This document shows positions 48,295 through 61,389 of a stretch of 64,000 nt of DNA, one piece after another. The notes below the pieces were generated by a model. That model worked only from the letters and a program-made list of their open reading frames with translations, searched no databases and was not told the origin of the DNA. The DNA is taken from NCBI RefSeq assembly GCF_026210795.1, contig NC_089434.1:5022001-5086000 (forward strand). Direction: 5' to 3'. The stretch is from Rhizophagus irregularis (lineage: Eukaryota). The translations under genes and the position numbers were made by a program. The number at the start of each line of letters is the position of its first letter. Within the stretch, counting starts at the first letter, position 1.

Positions 48295-50869
48295 CAGTCG
48301 TCCCCCTCTATAGTCACCCCCTATATAAGAACACCCCCTATTTAGTCATATCATTGTCAAGTCCCGTTTTTTTAAATATTAAAATGCCCCTTTTGTAGTC
48401 ACAAATCGATTATAGTCACTATCACACTAATAGTTAGTCCCGATATAATAATTAACATATGAAAATTTCCCCTTATATAGTCATATCACGTGATTAACAA
48501 TGTATTCGGAAAATATATCGCGCGTTTTGTGCATAAAATGAATTTTCCTTTTAAGTTGATAATCACCACATGTTTCGAACTTTTTCTTTACAATTTTTAT
48601 TTGAAAATGTTTTATTTTTCGATTTCAAACTTTTTTCATTACATAAATTCATCCTTTTACAAAAACTATCTTTTTCACTTTTTTTTATATCTAATATAAT
48701 GCCACCTATACGTTTACAAAAAGCAAGGAGAATTCGTTCTGCCATTAGTAATGAAATAAAAAAAGAAATATGTGAATATATAATGGCAAATAGTAATGTG
48801 AAACAGGAAGAAGTTGCACTTTACTTTAATACAAAATATAATGAATTAAACATTGATAGATCAACTGTATCAAAAATATGGCAAAATCGTGAAAAGTGGA
48901 TGGCAGTTCTTTCAACTTCACAGACTGCATGTACATTTCGTCATCGCTCAGTTCAGTATCCAGAACTTGATAAGGCCTTGCAAATTTGGACAGCACAAGC
49001 AGTGACCGCTGGACTTCCTTTAACTGATATGATTTTACAACAAAAAGGAATAGAACTTGCACAAATGTTAAATATTGGAGAAAATCAAATAAAATTTACT
49101 AATGGTTGGGTGTACAGATTCAAAAAACGGAATGGACTTCAAAGAGTTAAGTTTTCAGGTGAGGCTAATAGTGCCCCTATAGAAACTCTTCCAGAAGAAC
49201 GTGTACGTCTTCGTGCACTTTTAGCTAAGTATGACAAGGAAGATATTTATAATGCAGATGAAACTGGGCTTTTTTTCCGAATGGAGCCAAACCAAACATT
49301 GAGTACTGGTGCAGTTGCGGGGCGTAAAATGGTAATTTTTATTGTAATAATTTTTCGTTAAAATAACTCTTTAAATGTTTTTTATTTTTCTGTAATCACT
49401 TTTTGACAAAATAATTATTTTCTGTAGGACAAAAGCCGAGTTTCTGTTTTATTTTGTGCTAATGCTACAGGATCTCATAAAATTCGTCCTTTGGTAATTG
49501 GAAAATCATTAAATCCCCGATGTTTTAAAAATCTCAACAAGTCAACTCTTCCAGTCATTTATCGAGCCAATTCAAAAGCATGGATGAGATCTGATATTTT
49601 CATTGAATGGCTTAAACACCTTGACTATTACTTTCGCACAATGGATAGAAGAGTTTTACTTCTTATTGATAATGCAGGATCCCACTTTAATCCAAAAAGA
49701 TTTAAAAAAAATGATGATATGGATGATGAAGAAATTTCAGAATCTGATGACGAACAAGAATCTAAAAAACAAAAGAAAAAAGAAAAACCTGCTGTTGATC
49801 TTACTAATATTGAGCTTGTTTATCTTCCACCAAATACAACCGCTCATCTCCAACCTATGGATGCAGGTATTATCCATAGTTTTAAAGCTAAATATAAACA
49901 AGAATTTTGTAGACATTTAATTCGGCAGTTTGATTCTGGAGTTGATCATGTTAAGTAAGTTTAAAAAATTAACATTATTTTTCTATTAATGTTATTAATT
50001 TATTATTTTATTTAGAAATAAGTTAAACATTAAGGAGGCAATTGATTATATTGCTGAATCATGGAATAATGTCACTCCAACAACAATTCAAAATTGTTGG
50101 ATCAAAACAGGTATACTTCCATCTTGTGATGATGATAATACGGATGAAGAAGATTTAGATGATGATGAACTTGAAAATCTTCTTATTAATTTGCCGGAAG
50201 AAACTGCTGATGTATTGGAATATTTTCAGTTGCTTGATCGTGAAATTCCAACTGAAGAGCACCTTACTGAAGAGCAAATTATTGATATGGTGCGAAATGA
50301 AGAAAATCAAGTAGAAGAAAGTGAAGATGATGACGAAAATGAAGAAATTCCTCTGATATCAGTGAAAAAAGCAATTAATGGGTTGGAAACTTTTGTTAAT
50401 TATTTTGAACAACAAGAAGATTCGAGTTTAATATTGGTGATTTGCGTATTTTTAGAAAATACTTACGAGTAATTAGAGTTAGAGAGATCAATGCAAAAAA
50501 GCAAAGTACACTTGATGGTTTTTTTGATAGGTAAATAACATTAATATAATTTTTAATAATTGCGAGATGTAATACTTTTATTAGTTATAATAGTTATAAT
50601 AGTTATAATAGCGTAAAATAATAAAATCGGATTTGATATACATATTAGAAGGCAACGTGCTTTATTTTTATCATGTTATATAATTATATTTAATTTTAAA
50701 ATAAAGATTATTATATAAAAATAACAAATAAAAAAAAAATTTATAGTCACGCTAATACAAAAATTTTATATATATGTGACTATATTGTAAAAGTCTCATA
50801 TAAGCACACCTCTCTATAGTCACAGCATTGTGTGGTCCCAAGAGGTGTGACTATAGAGGGGGACGACTG
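48295..50869 (+). mobile_element. pogo/Tigger (Tc1-mariner) DNA transposon, 2575 bp
   Basis: TA|CAGTCGTCCCCCTCTATAGTCAC ... GTGACTATAGAGGGGGACGACTG|TA; perfect 23-bp TIR; several subterminal TATAGTCAC repeats. Confidence 0.96.
48699..50472 (+). CDS. pogo/Tigger transposase (CENP-B HTH + DDD); exons 48699-49331, 49428-49954, 50016-50472; ancestral stop probably 50534
   Basis: HTH domains, FTNGWVYRFKKR, NADETG, IDNAGSH, LPPNTTAHLQPMD, IQNCW..TG. Splicing restores one open frame; 1-bp frameshift near 50423. Confidence 0.9.
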
Positions 50870-51095
50870 TATACAAATTAAATAAAAGAATCATTTTGCT
50901 CAAGATTTTCTTGAGCAAGTCGTGAACGTTTTAATGCGCGCCATTTCAAGGTAAAAATTATTTATTATCAATGACTTCTTTTTCTTTGTTTCATGGTAAT
51001 TTGATAAAAAGCTATTTACTAAAAGATCAATGACTTCTTTTTCTTTTGTTAGAATTGCTCGGGTCTACAAAAAAAAATATCGGCGCTCCTCTCGC

Positions 51096-54000
51096 GTTCA
51101 CCGCGTCCTCTTGAAAAAAAAAAATCGAGAGAGGAAGCGGGAGAAAATCAGAGAGAAAGAAACCGGAAGGCACAATTAAAAAAAGATTAATGTTGGTGGG
51201 TGGAACGCGCGCCTATAAAAATCTTACGGTCCTTCAAGGTAATTTATGATAAAATGTCGTCTTTCATGGTAATTTGATAAAAAATTATTTACTAAAAGAA
51301 CTTTCTTTTGTTAGGCGTCAAATAGGCTATCTAGGCGTAAAAGAATCTCATCTTATGAGATTGCAAATATTAAATCTCAACTTACCCAAACGACCAAGAT
51401 TTGTAAGTACGAATCTTGGTTTATTTATTTTTGTTATTTTATTATTATAGAACGGTTTACTAACCATTCCTTTCTTTTTATTAAGATTTGTAAGCAGAGA
51501 TGTTTCAGTGTTGGTTTGGGTGAACTCTTTTTACGTTGAGATTTCATCTTCGCCATCTCATAAGATGAGCTTCTTTTACGTTTAGATAGCCTATTTGACG
51601 CATTATATCTTCTTTTAATTGTATTTTCTGTTTTCTTTCCCTCTGATTTTCTTCATCTTCCTCCTCGATTTTTTTTTCTAAAGATGAAAATGATTTTTTT
51701 TTTTAATTTTGCTTGTATTTTTTTTTATTTTAAACTCTTTTTTTTTTCGAAATAAATTTATACCCATTATGATATTATAAGAGTTTAAATTACTATACTT
51801 GACATGAATTTTGTCGAACCTGTATAAGATCTTTAGAAGAAGCAAATATTAATAAAAAAAATATGAATTCAGAATTTTAAAGAATAAATCTGCTATAAAA
51901 CGTTTGCCTTTAATCATTTGTATTTAAGGATGGTCATCGGTCCTACCGGTCCTACTCGGTCCTGGACCGGTCGGTCCCGGGACTTGTAGGACCGGACCGC
52001 GGTCTTGCATTATTTTGTGGCGCAGTAGGACCGGTCCCGAGGACCGACCAGTCCTCATATCGGTCTTCATATAATAAATGATTTTTATATTGAATAAATC
52101 TATTAATCTGATGAAGGTCTTTATAAAATAATATAAAGACCGACCAATTATAAACCAATAAACAATGACAATCACTTCTCCCCACTTGTAGAGTTGCCTG
52201 TCAAAACGCTAACTCCAAAAAAGCGTTTAAGCGGAATGTCTCGTCATCCAGTGATCATAAAACGATGAAACCACTACCATTCGAATCGTCTCAACGAGAC
52301 GCGTCGAATGGTGGCTAAAACATATTTCCAGGATCGATAGATAGCCGGCAATTATTGAATTTGTTATCAAATAGTTTTGCCGATGTAATTTTTTTTTCTA
52401 TCGATTATAAAATAATGATTTTGATACCATTCGACGCTTCTCATTGAGACGATTCGAATGGTGGTAGTTTCATATTTTTATATTCACTGGATGGCGAGAT
52501 ATCACGATTATTATCACCAATACAATAATAGTAAGTGCATGACGCATGTGATGATCATTTGTAAAAAAAAAATTTGTATATTTAAAAACATCCCGATTAG
52601 TGTTCATATTTATAAGACAAGGCTATTCCTAATAAAGTTAAGGAAAAAAATTTTTTTATTTGTAAAAAAAAAAGAAAAAAGACTGATCGGTCTTAAAAAG
52701 ACTGCGGTCCTTAAAAGACCGACGGTCTTATTATATGTGATACAGGACCGAAAGACCGCGGTCCTACACTAAGACGGACCGGTCCGTCTTTTTATGGTGT
52801 AGGACCGTAGGACCGCGGTCTTTTAGGACCGATGACCATCTTTATTTGTATTATAAGAAAAAGTTGATCCACTAATAACGTTTTATTTGTAACACAGATA
52901 CTCTGATAATCTTTTTTCAACGAAAAAGCCAAAATAAAAATTTTGGTTATTAAAAAAACGAGAAAAATTTCAATCGTTGTATTCCACTTAATCTAGTTTC
53001 TTCCGTTAATCGCTCTTTCAACCTTTTTACGCTCAAGTCTGTTTAAACTAAAGTGTTTGAAAAGAATATCATCAAGAGAACGAACGCGGAAAATTGTTAC
53101 AAATGACAAGCCAGCCACAAATTCCTTCTTCCCAAGGTCTATTACTGCTTTTGATAAAGTCAGACCTTGCAATTTATGAGCTGTGATGGCCCACGCAAGA
53201 GAAAGTGGAAATTGCAAGCGAGAGCAACTTCCGATTTTATCTTCCCACATACGTCTTATAGAACAATAGACCCTTCTATATTCCTAAGAGTTGGACCGTT
53301 ATACTGTCAAATGAAACTCAGGTAAAGAGGTATACTCGGGCTTCTCTTTATATAAAATATCTGTTATTGTCCCTATTACCCCATTTATAAGACCAGCAGC
53401 ATTCTGCAGACCTTAGAAGCTTCAGATCCACCCGTATGTACCGCATGAATCTTAGCAACGGGTTGGTTTAATAATCGAAGTTTATTTAAATTTATTTTAT
53501 CCACTTCTCCCCATGTTGTAGAACATTGATGGCATCTGAAGTTTTTCTCTCTGATTCAGGATTATTTTCTGGAATTCATTAATAATTCCCAGTCGGATCG
53601 TGTAGACCTTCCATCACGTAAGTGATATCTGAATTGTTGTTGTTTATCCGAGTTACCTGTTGTCTTTGCATAGCCTCAATTTTACAAATTTCTTGAAGTT
53701 GACTATAGGCACTACGACCATATGATCTAGAGAGTCCGGGAACATCACATGCCGGAGGAAGCTGCCCATAGTCACCAACAAGAATTATGGATCGGCTACC
53801 AAAGGGAATATTGTAGTGATCCGGAAATGTTTGCCACAGTCGTAAATCAATTATAGCAAGAAAACGACGTCCTACCATACTCATTTCATCGATTATAAAA
53901 TATTCTATATATTTTAGTTTTCTTTGGAGTTTCTTCAAAGATTCTCAATGTTTACCCCGCATATTGGAACAGAAAGTGACGAATGAATAGTGCTCCGGAT

Positions 54001-55561
54001 AGCATTAATAAGGTAAGATTTGCCGGTTCCAGCAGTACCCATGATAATAATTCTTAAAGGTGCCATGGATTCTACTCTTTCACGTATTAACCTTTGTTTC
54101 CCACTTAGAGTTCTAAGGTCGATACTAGCTGAATTATTTCCAACTTGAGTTACTTAGTTGTTACCAATTGCCTGCTGGATAAAGCTTTCTGCCTCTTCAA
54201 TTTCATGATATCGTAGCAAACTTTCGTTAACCCAGTCGTGATTCTATCAATATCGCTGGCACTAAAGTCATCTAGGCTACGCGTCTGTCTATTTGGCATC
54301 ATTTCAGTCAGTAACATCCAGTCAGTTCGAAGTTCATACGCTTCCTGTGGTGTGTCGTCGTCTTCTTCATCAGAATCGTTACCATCAACTTCTTGAATAT
54401 CATCCACAGCAGGTCCAATTAAGTCATCAGGGTCATCATTGATTTCTACAAGATGTTGGTTGTATAAATCAATCCATGAAAGGGTGTGATTCTCTGTGAG
54501 GCTAAGAAGGTCTCTATAACGAACCATTTCGAAGTGGGAGAGTCTATTACAATATCTTTGTAGAGGTGAGGCATCTGTTATATAATTCCATTGTTCTCAT
54601 TATTTGGATTATTTTCATTACTATCACGAAGCTGTTGATTCACCTCTTTGTTAAGTTTTAGACTAACAAAATTTCGGCTACTATGATAGAGCGGTAATTG
54701 AAGATGATGACAAGTTTCTTGCGCCGAAAATCACGTTCTCCGACTGTACTGTGTGAATGAGCAACTTTTGGAATGCTTTAACAGCTGGATCATTGGGTTA
54801 TCATTACGAAGAGCTTTCTGAGAAGGTTAAGGACCCTAAGAACCGTGGTTCCGCTTCACTAGCATACTTCGAAACATACTGCTTGGTAAAGATGGGTATC
54901 AAATCAACATTTGCCCTCCATTCCTGTATTTATAAGTGGATCATTTCTGGCAGTTGTTAGTTCTAGGTAATTAAGGTAACCATTATTATCATTAAAGTCT
55001 TCAGAGTGCTTTTGGCATGGAGGTGCATTCAGGTCGGGATTGATTGTTGTAACTAAAGAATCTTATTTTATCATTATTTTTCATGTTTTCCCAATCGATT
55101 TCTGGCGCTTCTTTTCGCTTGGCAATGCCATGAACATGAACACTACCATGATGTTGCCACTCAAATCAATACCATACCACCAGTCAACTAATCCCCATTT
55201 AGGAATTAACACTTTCTCAAGGGATTATTATTTATGAGATCTTTACGTCGGCGGTCTTGCCCATGCATATCTGCGCTAAATGTAAAGAAATCATTCTCTG
55301 AGACCTTATCTAATTCAGCTCTACGGCTCTACGACGCATCCAATATTGAATAGTACTACGCAATCTTTCATCATACCGTAATACTTTGCTATGTGAGTAT
55401 CGTTTTGCATTAAATCTAGTATCGTCTACTGTGAGTTGCCCTTCCTCTAAATTTTGTCGAACAAATACGCGACCTTACCTTCTGATGATGCTCTGCGTCT
55501 CATTAATGAATTTAGGGCAAAGTAACGCCACCGTCGATGTCGAGCAAATCGGCCATCTTTA
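51096..55561 (-). repeat. Copy 2 of the inverted duplication (partner 839-4572)
   Basis: See copy 1. Confidence 0.95.
51925..52844. mobile_element. Non-autonomous hAT element, 920 bp
   Basis: TTTGTATT|TAAGGATGGTCATCGGTCC ... GGACCGATGACCATCTTTA|TTTGTATT; 8-bp TSD; many subterminal GGACCG repeats; empty site at 3710-3717. Confidence 0.93.
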
Positions 55562-56170
55562 TAGACTAAAAGATGTTTAAAGTATTCCGACGGTTTTATT
55601 TCTTTATCCGGGTTCATTAAGGTCCACGACCCTCCAAGGATAAAATGTAGGAGATGCTCTTGCTATATATCTAGGGGTATGAAACTCATCAACCGGAGAA
55701 ACTTTGTTATGCTTCTGAAGATGGATCCAAATTTTTGGATTTTCTTATTCGTCAGGAAAAGTAATGCGAACTCTTCATTGGCTGAAGGCAAACAATAAAA
55801 TTCTATCGTGATATCGATATTGATGATGAAATATTACAAACTTTACCTGAAAGTGGTTCGATTGCGGAAAAACTTCCACAATTCACGAAGAAGAACCGGA
55901 CGATGAAGATGAGAACGAAAATGATGAAAACTTTTTCAACTCACAAACATTACCCACCAGACTTAATGAAGACAGGGTAATTAATGAAATTCTCAATTGA
56001 GCGCAACATGATCATGAGAGAATTGACTGGCCGAATGACGCCGAACAATAAGTAAATCCAACGATCATGGATCATGTAGAAGTCGTGCCGCGAACTCTTG
56101 CACATCTTGTGGAAAATTAATAATATTTCCACGATTTGCATACTGTCCTTCCTCCAGGAAGGGTGTATAC
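52993..56170 (-). pseudogene. Degenerate Helitron-like RepHel, longer copy including the N-terminal region
   Basis: GQYANRGNIINFPQDVQEF, PVDEFHTPRYIA, EYFKHLLVYKDGRFARH, Rep and PIF1 motifs (IIDEMSMVG, VGDYGQLPP, AWAITAHKLQGLTL); internal inversion at ~55725-56035. Confidence 0.85.
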
Positions 56171-57029
56171 CGGAGTACTTCCCGATCAGTATAAGAAATT
56201 TTATTTTTAGAAAAATGTTCTGATATTTAAGGAAAATTTGATCTGTATTCATAAAGTGTTTTGATTTTTATACCAATTAATAAATCAGATAGCAAAAGGT
56301 GTTCTTATAATATGATGTGTATTTGTAAAGTATTAAATATACTCTTTGTATTTCTCATTTGCCCAAAATAATTTTAATCAAAAAACAAATAAAAAAAAGT
56401 ATTTATAAAATATAAATAAAAAATACATTTCTATTAAATGTAAATTATCAAAGTTTAATCAATTATAATTTAAAATGTAGATGAGAATAACTATTATTAA
56501 AAATTAAAAGAAATATTAAAAGTAAATTATTGAAGAATTACAATACAATTAAGTATAATATAATAAAAAAATTACATAAAAAAGAATTTAAGAATTGAAT
56601 AAGTTGGCAAATCCATATATGAATTACACTTCACCAATAGTTTAATAAAAAAGAAAAGGGGGATATAGTAAGTGTTTTTTCTAAAATATTTGTTAATGTA
56701 AAATATAATAATTAATAAAGATTGCCAGAGATCTATATGATCCATATATATATGTGTATATGATGAATATTCTTTAAAATAATTGGTTTATATAAAATAT
56801 AATATTTTAATAAAGATGTATGAATTGCTTATATGGTGGGTATTCTCTCTAAATAAATTTGACTTTTATAAATTTATGAGTTTTAAAGCCATGAGAGTTA
56901 CTCTTGATTTAACATTAAAAAGAATAAAGAACTTGAATTATATTGAAAATTATATTATAATATTCTATCTATTTAAGTTGATAATTAAGCATCTTCATCT
57001 GCCTGTACAATTCTTTTCACATTTCTTGC

Positions 57030-57590
57030 CTACTTTCTCTCCAATGTTATTCTTGACTTAAAATAAAAAATATAAATATGAATAAAATACAATTAATTTA
57101 ATTCATTTCATAATAAAGAATATCCAATTTTAAAAAGATCATTTTTTTTCACATTTTTTACCTACTCACCTATTTTCTCTTCAATATTATTCTTGACTTA
57201 AATAAAAAATATAAATATAAATAAAATACAATTAATTTAACTCATTTCATAATAAAGAATATCCAGTTTTAAAAAAATCATTTTTTTTTCACATTTTTTA
57301 TCTACTCACCTACTTTCTCTCCAATGTTATTCTTGACTTAAAATAAAAAATATAAATATAAATAAAATACAATTAATTTAACTTATTTCATAATAAAGAA
57401 TATCCAGTTTTAAAAAAATCATTTTTTTTTCACATTTTTTATCTACTCACCTACTTTCTCTCCAATGTTATTCTTGACTTAAAATAAAAAATATAAATAT
57501 AAATAAAATACAATTAATTTAACTTATTTCATAATAAAGAATTTTCAGTTTAAAAAGGTCATCTTTTTTATATTTTTCACCTATTATATT
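57030..57590. repeat. Tandem repeat, 140-141-bp unit x4, within a larger duplication (56870-57170 ~ 57790-58095)
   Basis: CTACTTTCTCTCCAATGTTATTCTTGACTTAAAATAAAAAATATAAATA at 57030, 57170, 57310, 57451 and ~57945. Confidence 0.92.
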
Positions 57591-58559
57591 TTTCCTTTCA
57601 TTTGACTATTCAACTAATAGATAATATAAGAATAAATATATAAAATCTATTTTTAATAATAATAAAACAAATATTACTTATGTAATATCCATTATATCTT
57701 TTTTAAAAAAATGCTAATTGCTAAATTTCATTTATATCATTATATTTTAATAAAGATATGTGAATTACTTGTATGATAATATTCTTTTAAATTTTAGAGT
57801 CATAAAAGTTACTCTTGATTTAACATTAGAAAGAATAAAGATCTTGAATTATATTGAAAATCATAATATTCTATCTATTTAAGTGTAATTAGCTGATAAT
57901 TAAGTATCTTCATCTGCTTATACAATTCTTTTTACATTTCTCATCTACTTTCTCTTTAATGTTATTCTTGACTTAAAATAAAAAATATAAATATAAATAA
58001 AATAATTCATTTTATAATAAAGAATTTCCAGTTTTAAAAAGGACATCTTTTTCACATTTTTCACCTATTATGTTTTTTCTTCATTTGACTATTCAATCCA
58101 TTTCAGATAATAATATTATAATAATAGAAAGGTATGAAATAAAATAATATATCATATAAATCCTAATATATGTTAAGAATACCAGAATGATATTAAATAC
58201 TGGTATTTTGAAATTTTTCTAATAAATAAAAATAATGGCCATAAAAAAACTATAAAAGAGCCTGTTTTTTAAATAAAATTCTTCTTTAATAAATATATAT
58301 ACTGTATCTGGTAAAATGACTATATAAATTATTTTTATCATATAATTGAATTCATGCAATAATTGCAGTATACATTATTTTCATTTTCCATGTATTTTGT
58401 TGAAAATATTAGATGATATTTTTTTAGTAGTGTCTATATGTCTATTATTGTAGTGTCTTTATGTCTATTATTGTAGTGTCTATATGTTTATTATTATTTT
58501 ATTATTTTAATCTAATATATTATTTTCCACATATTTTATTCAAAATTCAGTATTATTTG

Positions 58560-59320
58560 ATCAGATTCTACTTTTTTATATAAATGAATCTATCAGTTAT
58601 TAAGTGACATTTTTTTTTAATAATGTCTATTATTATTTTAATATAATATATTATTTTAATTTAATATATATATATAAAGTATGCAATTGAAAATAATTGC
58701 CAATTTGCATAAGATTCTATTTTCTAAATAAATAAATCTATCCGCCGTAGTGGCTTTTTTCTTTATAGTACCTATCATTATTATATAAATGAATCCATCA
58801 GTTATTAGATATCATTTTTTTTTAATAATACCTATTATTATTTTAATAATATATTATTTAATTTAATATATATATAAAGTATGCAGTTGAAAATATTTGC
58901 CAATTTGCATAAGATTCCATTTTTAATATAAACAAATCTGTCTGCTGTAGTGGCTCTTTTCTTAATAATGTCTATCATCATTATATAAATGAATCTATCA
59001 GTTATTAAATGACATTTTTTTTTAATAATGCCTATTCTTATTTTAATATAACATATTATTTTAATCTAATTATATATAAAGTGTGCATTGCCAATTTGCA
59101 TAAAATCTACTTTTCATATAAATAAATCTGTCTGCTATGATGGCTTTTTTCTTGATAATGCTTATCATTATTTTAATCTAGTAATATATTATTTTAATCT
59201 ATAAAATATATAGTTGAAAATATTATAAAAATTTAGTATTATTTGATTGATCTGCATAAGAGTTTACTTTACCATATAGATAAGTCTATCAGTTATTTTT
59301 TCTAATAGTGTTTATTATTT
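58560..59320. repeat. Degenerate ~200-bp tandem repeat
   Basis: ATAAATGAATC(T/C)ATCAGTTATTA at ~58580, 58785 and 58985; TTGCCAATTTGCATAA x3. Confidence 0.8.
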
Positions 59321-61389
59321 TTTTAATCCAATATATCTAATATATAAAGTGCATCTAAAATTAGTAGGTTGTATATATAATGTACTTTATGTGTACAAGA
59401 ATTTTTTGAATTTATAATACTAGTTATTTGATCCAGTTATTGGGAAATATCCTTTAACCTAATTGTTAGGAAATGGCCTTTAACCAGTTAAATCAAGCTA
59501 TGGTATTGTTAAGTGTTGGAATAATAATGGCTAATAAATTGCTAAAATGGTTGATAACTGTAGTTAAATTAGAGGTTATGAAGTTTGTGCTATTTGAGAG
59601 GTTCATGAATTTGTTATAAGGTTTGAGATTTGAGAGGTTGAAAAGTTTGAAAGATTTTGAGAGGTTTGTGAGATTTTAGAGTTATATAAAATTATTATGA
59701 TTGTTATGATTGTGAGATATTTGATATTTGTAAGTTTTGTTAATGATTGTGAAAATTTTTGAAGGTTGTGAGTTTGTAAAGTTTTGTCATAAAGACTGAA
59801 AATCCCATTTTGTTTTGAAAGAATTTAAGGAAGAAATGAAGATGGAAAAAATTTAATACTTATAAATACTAAGGTACAGACAGTTATAGTAACACTAAAC
59901 CAAAATTATCACTTCAATTGTCCAATTTTATGTTTTCTTTCAAAAAAAAAAAAAAAAATGATTTTTTTTTCTTTTTTTCGCAGCAGTGTAAACAAACAAA
60001 CAAATAAATCAGTAAAATAAACAAACAATTTTTGCGCATTGTTTATTTTTTTTATCAGCCCAATCAATTAATATCATCTAAATCGAGATGACATTAATGA
60101 TTTACAGTATATAATAAAGGAAAAAGGTCAATTAATGATGTATGTTAAGCCCAAAATACATTAAAAGCCTTTAATCGATAACCAAAAAAAAAAACAAAAA
60201 TTTGAGGCAAAAATTCAAGAATCTAGGCTGAATATTTTTTTTTTAATTTAATTATAATTGTAATAAATATTTATTTAATTAAAAAATCAAAAATCAAAAT
60301 CAAAAAAAGCAAAAAAAAAAGCAGGCACAGTAATAAGGCTTTTTCAATAATAAAATAATAATATTTACGGATTCAATAATATTTACGGATAACTTTAACT
60401 TTTGAAAGGCTGAAAAGCACCAATCAATTCATGTAATTTTACTAGTGATATTAACGGTCCGACTTGAAGCCAAAGTCAAGGACCGGTAAAAAGTCAAGCT
60501 GAACCGATCGATATCGGAATTTTTTTGTGTACCTCGATGATCAGATTAAATAAATAATTTCCCAAAAGACAAGATTTTCTTTTGTAATGTTTTTTTTTTA
60601 AACCAAGTTTTTTACATTCTCTATACATTCTATATACTCGGTTTCATTTTTATAAACATTCCGTATAAATTGATTTCTTATTCAGTAAGTAGTTTAGAAA
60701 TTGTAAAGTGGAGCTTTCAAAATAAATAATTATTGGAACTATGCTCTCGGAAACTATTTTATATACATATATTTTTCTTTAAGAAATAATCATTATACTA
60801 GATCACTAACCATTTTTTCTTTTATTTTTTAGGACGCACCTATAAAAAAAAAATTACGTTTTATCATAAAAAAAAAATAATCTCATTAATTAAGCTCATT
60901 CATGATTTTTTCATGTTTAATATCACGATCATAATTTTTTTTACAAGATAATGCCTGTTTTTTTAATTAATAGGAATAATAGACATAACGAATTTTGAAA
61001 CTTGGAACTCAAACCTGTATGTAAAACAAAACATTTGCATTATTACGTAAAATTTGGTTGAAATTGCCAAATCCCGCACATCCTAATAAAGATAAAGAGT
61101 ACAATTTTGATATTTCGATATAAATCATAAAAAAGTGCCAATAAAAAATTCACTCGTTACTCGTTAACGAGCATCAGCGTAATTAATTTTTATTATAAAA
61201 TAAATGAATACACTATAAAATAAATGAATACACGAAATGAAATGAAAAATAATGTGAATTAATAATAATATATAAAATACAGATCAAAAATAAAAGAAAT
61301 AAAAAAAAAGTAAAACTAAGAAATCAAATAAAAAACAATTTAAAGGGATATTTGATAACAAAAAAAAATTATATAAAAAAGATTAACTA

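Noticed and set aside
839..55561. Single giant TIR element (Maverick- or Starship-like)
   Set aside because: The arms are decayed RepHel coding sequence, copy 2 continues past the boundary, and no TSD, integrase, polB or tyrosine recombinase was seen.
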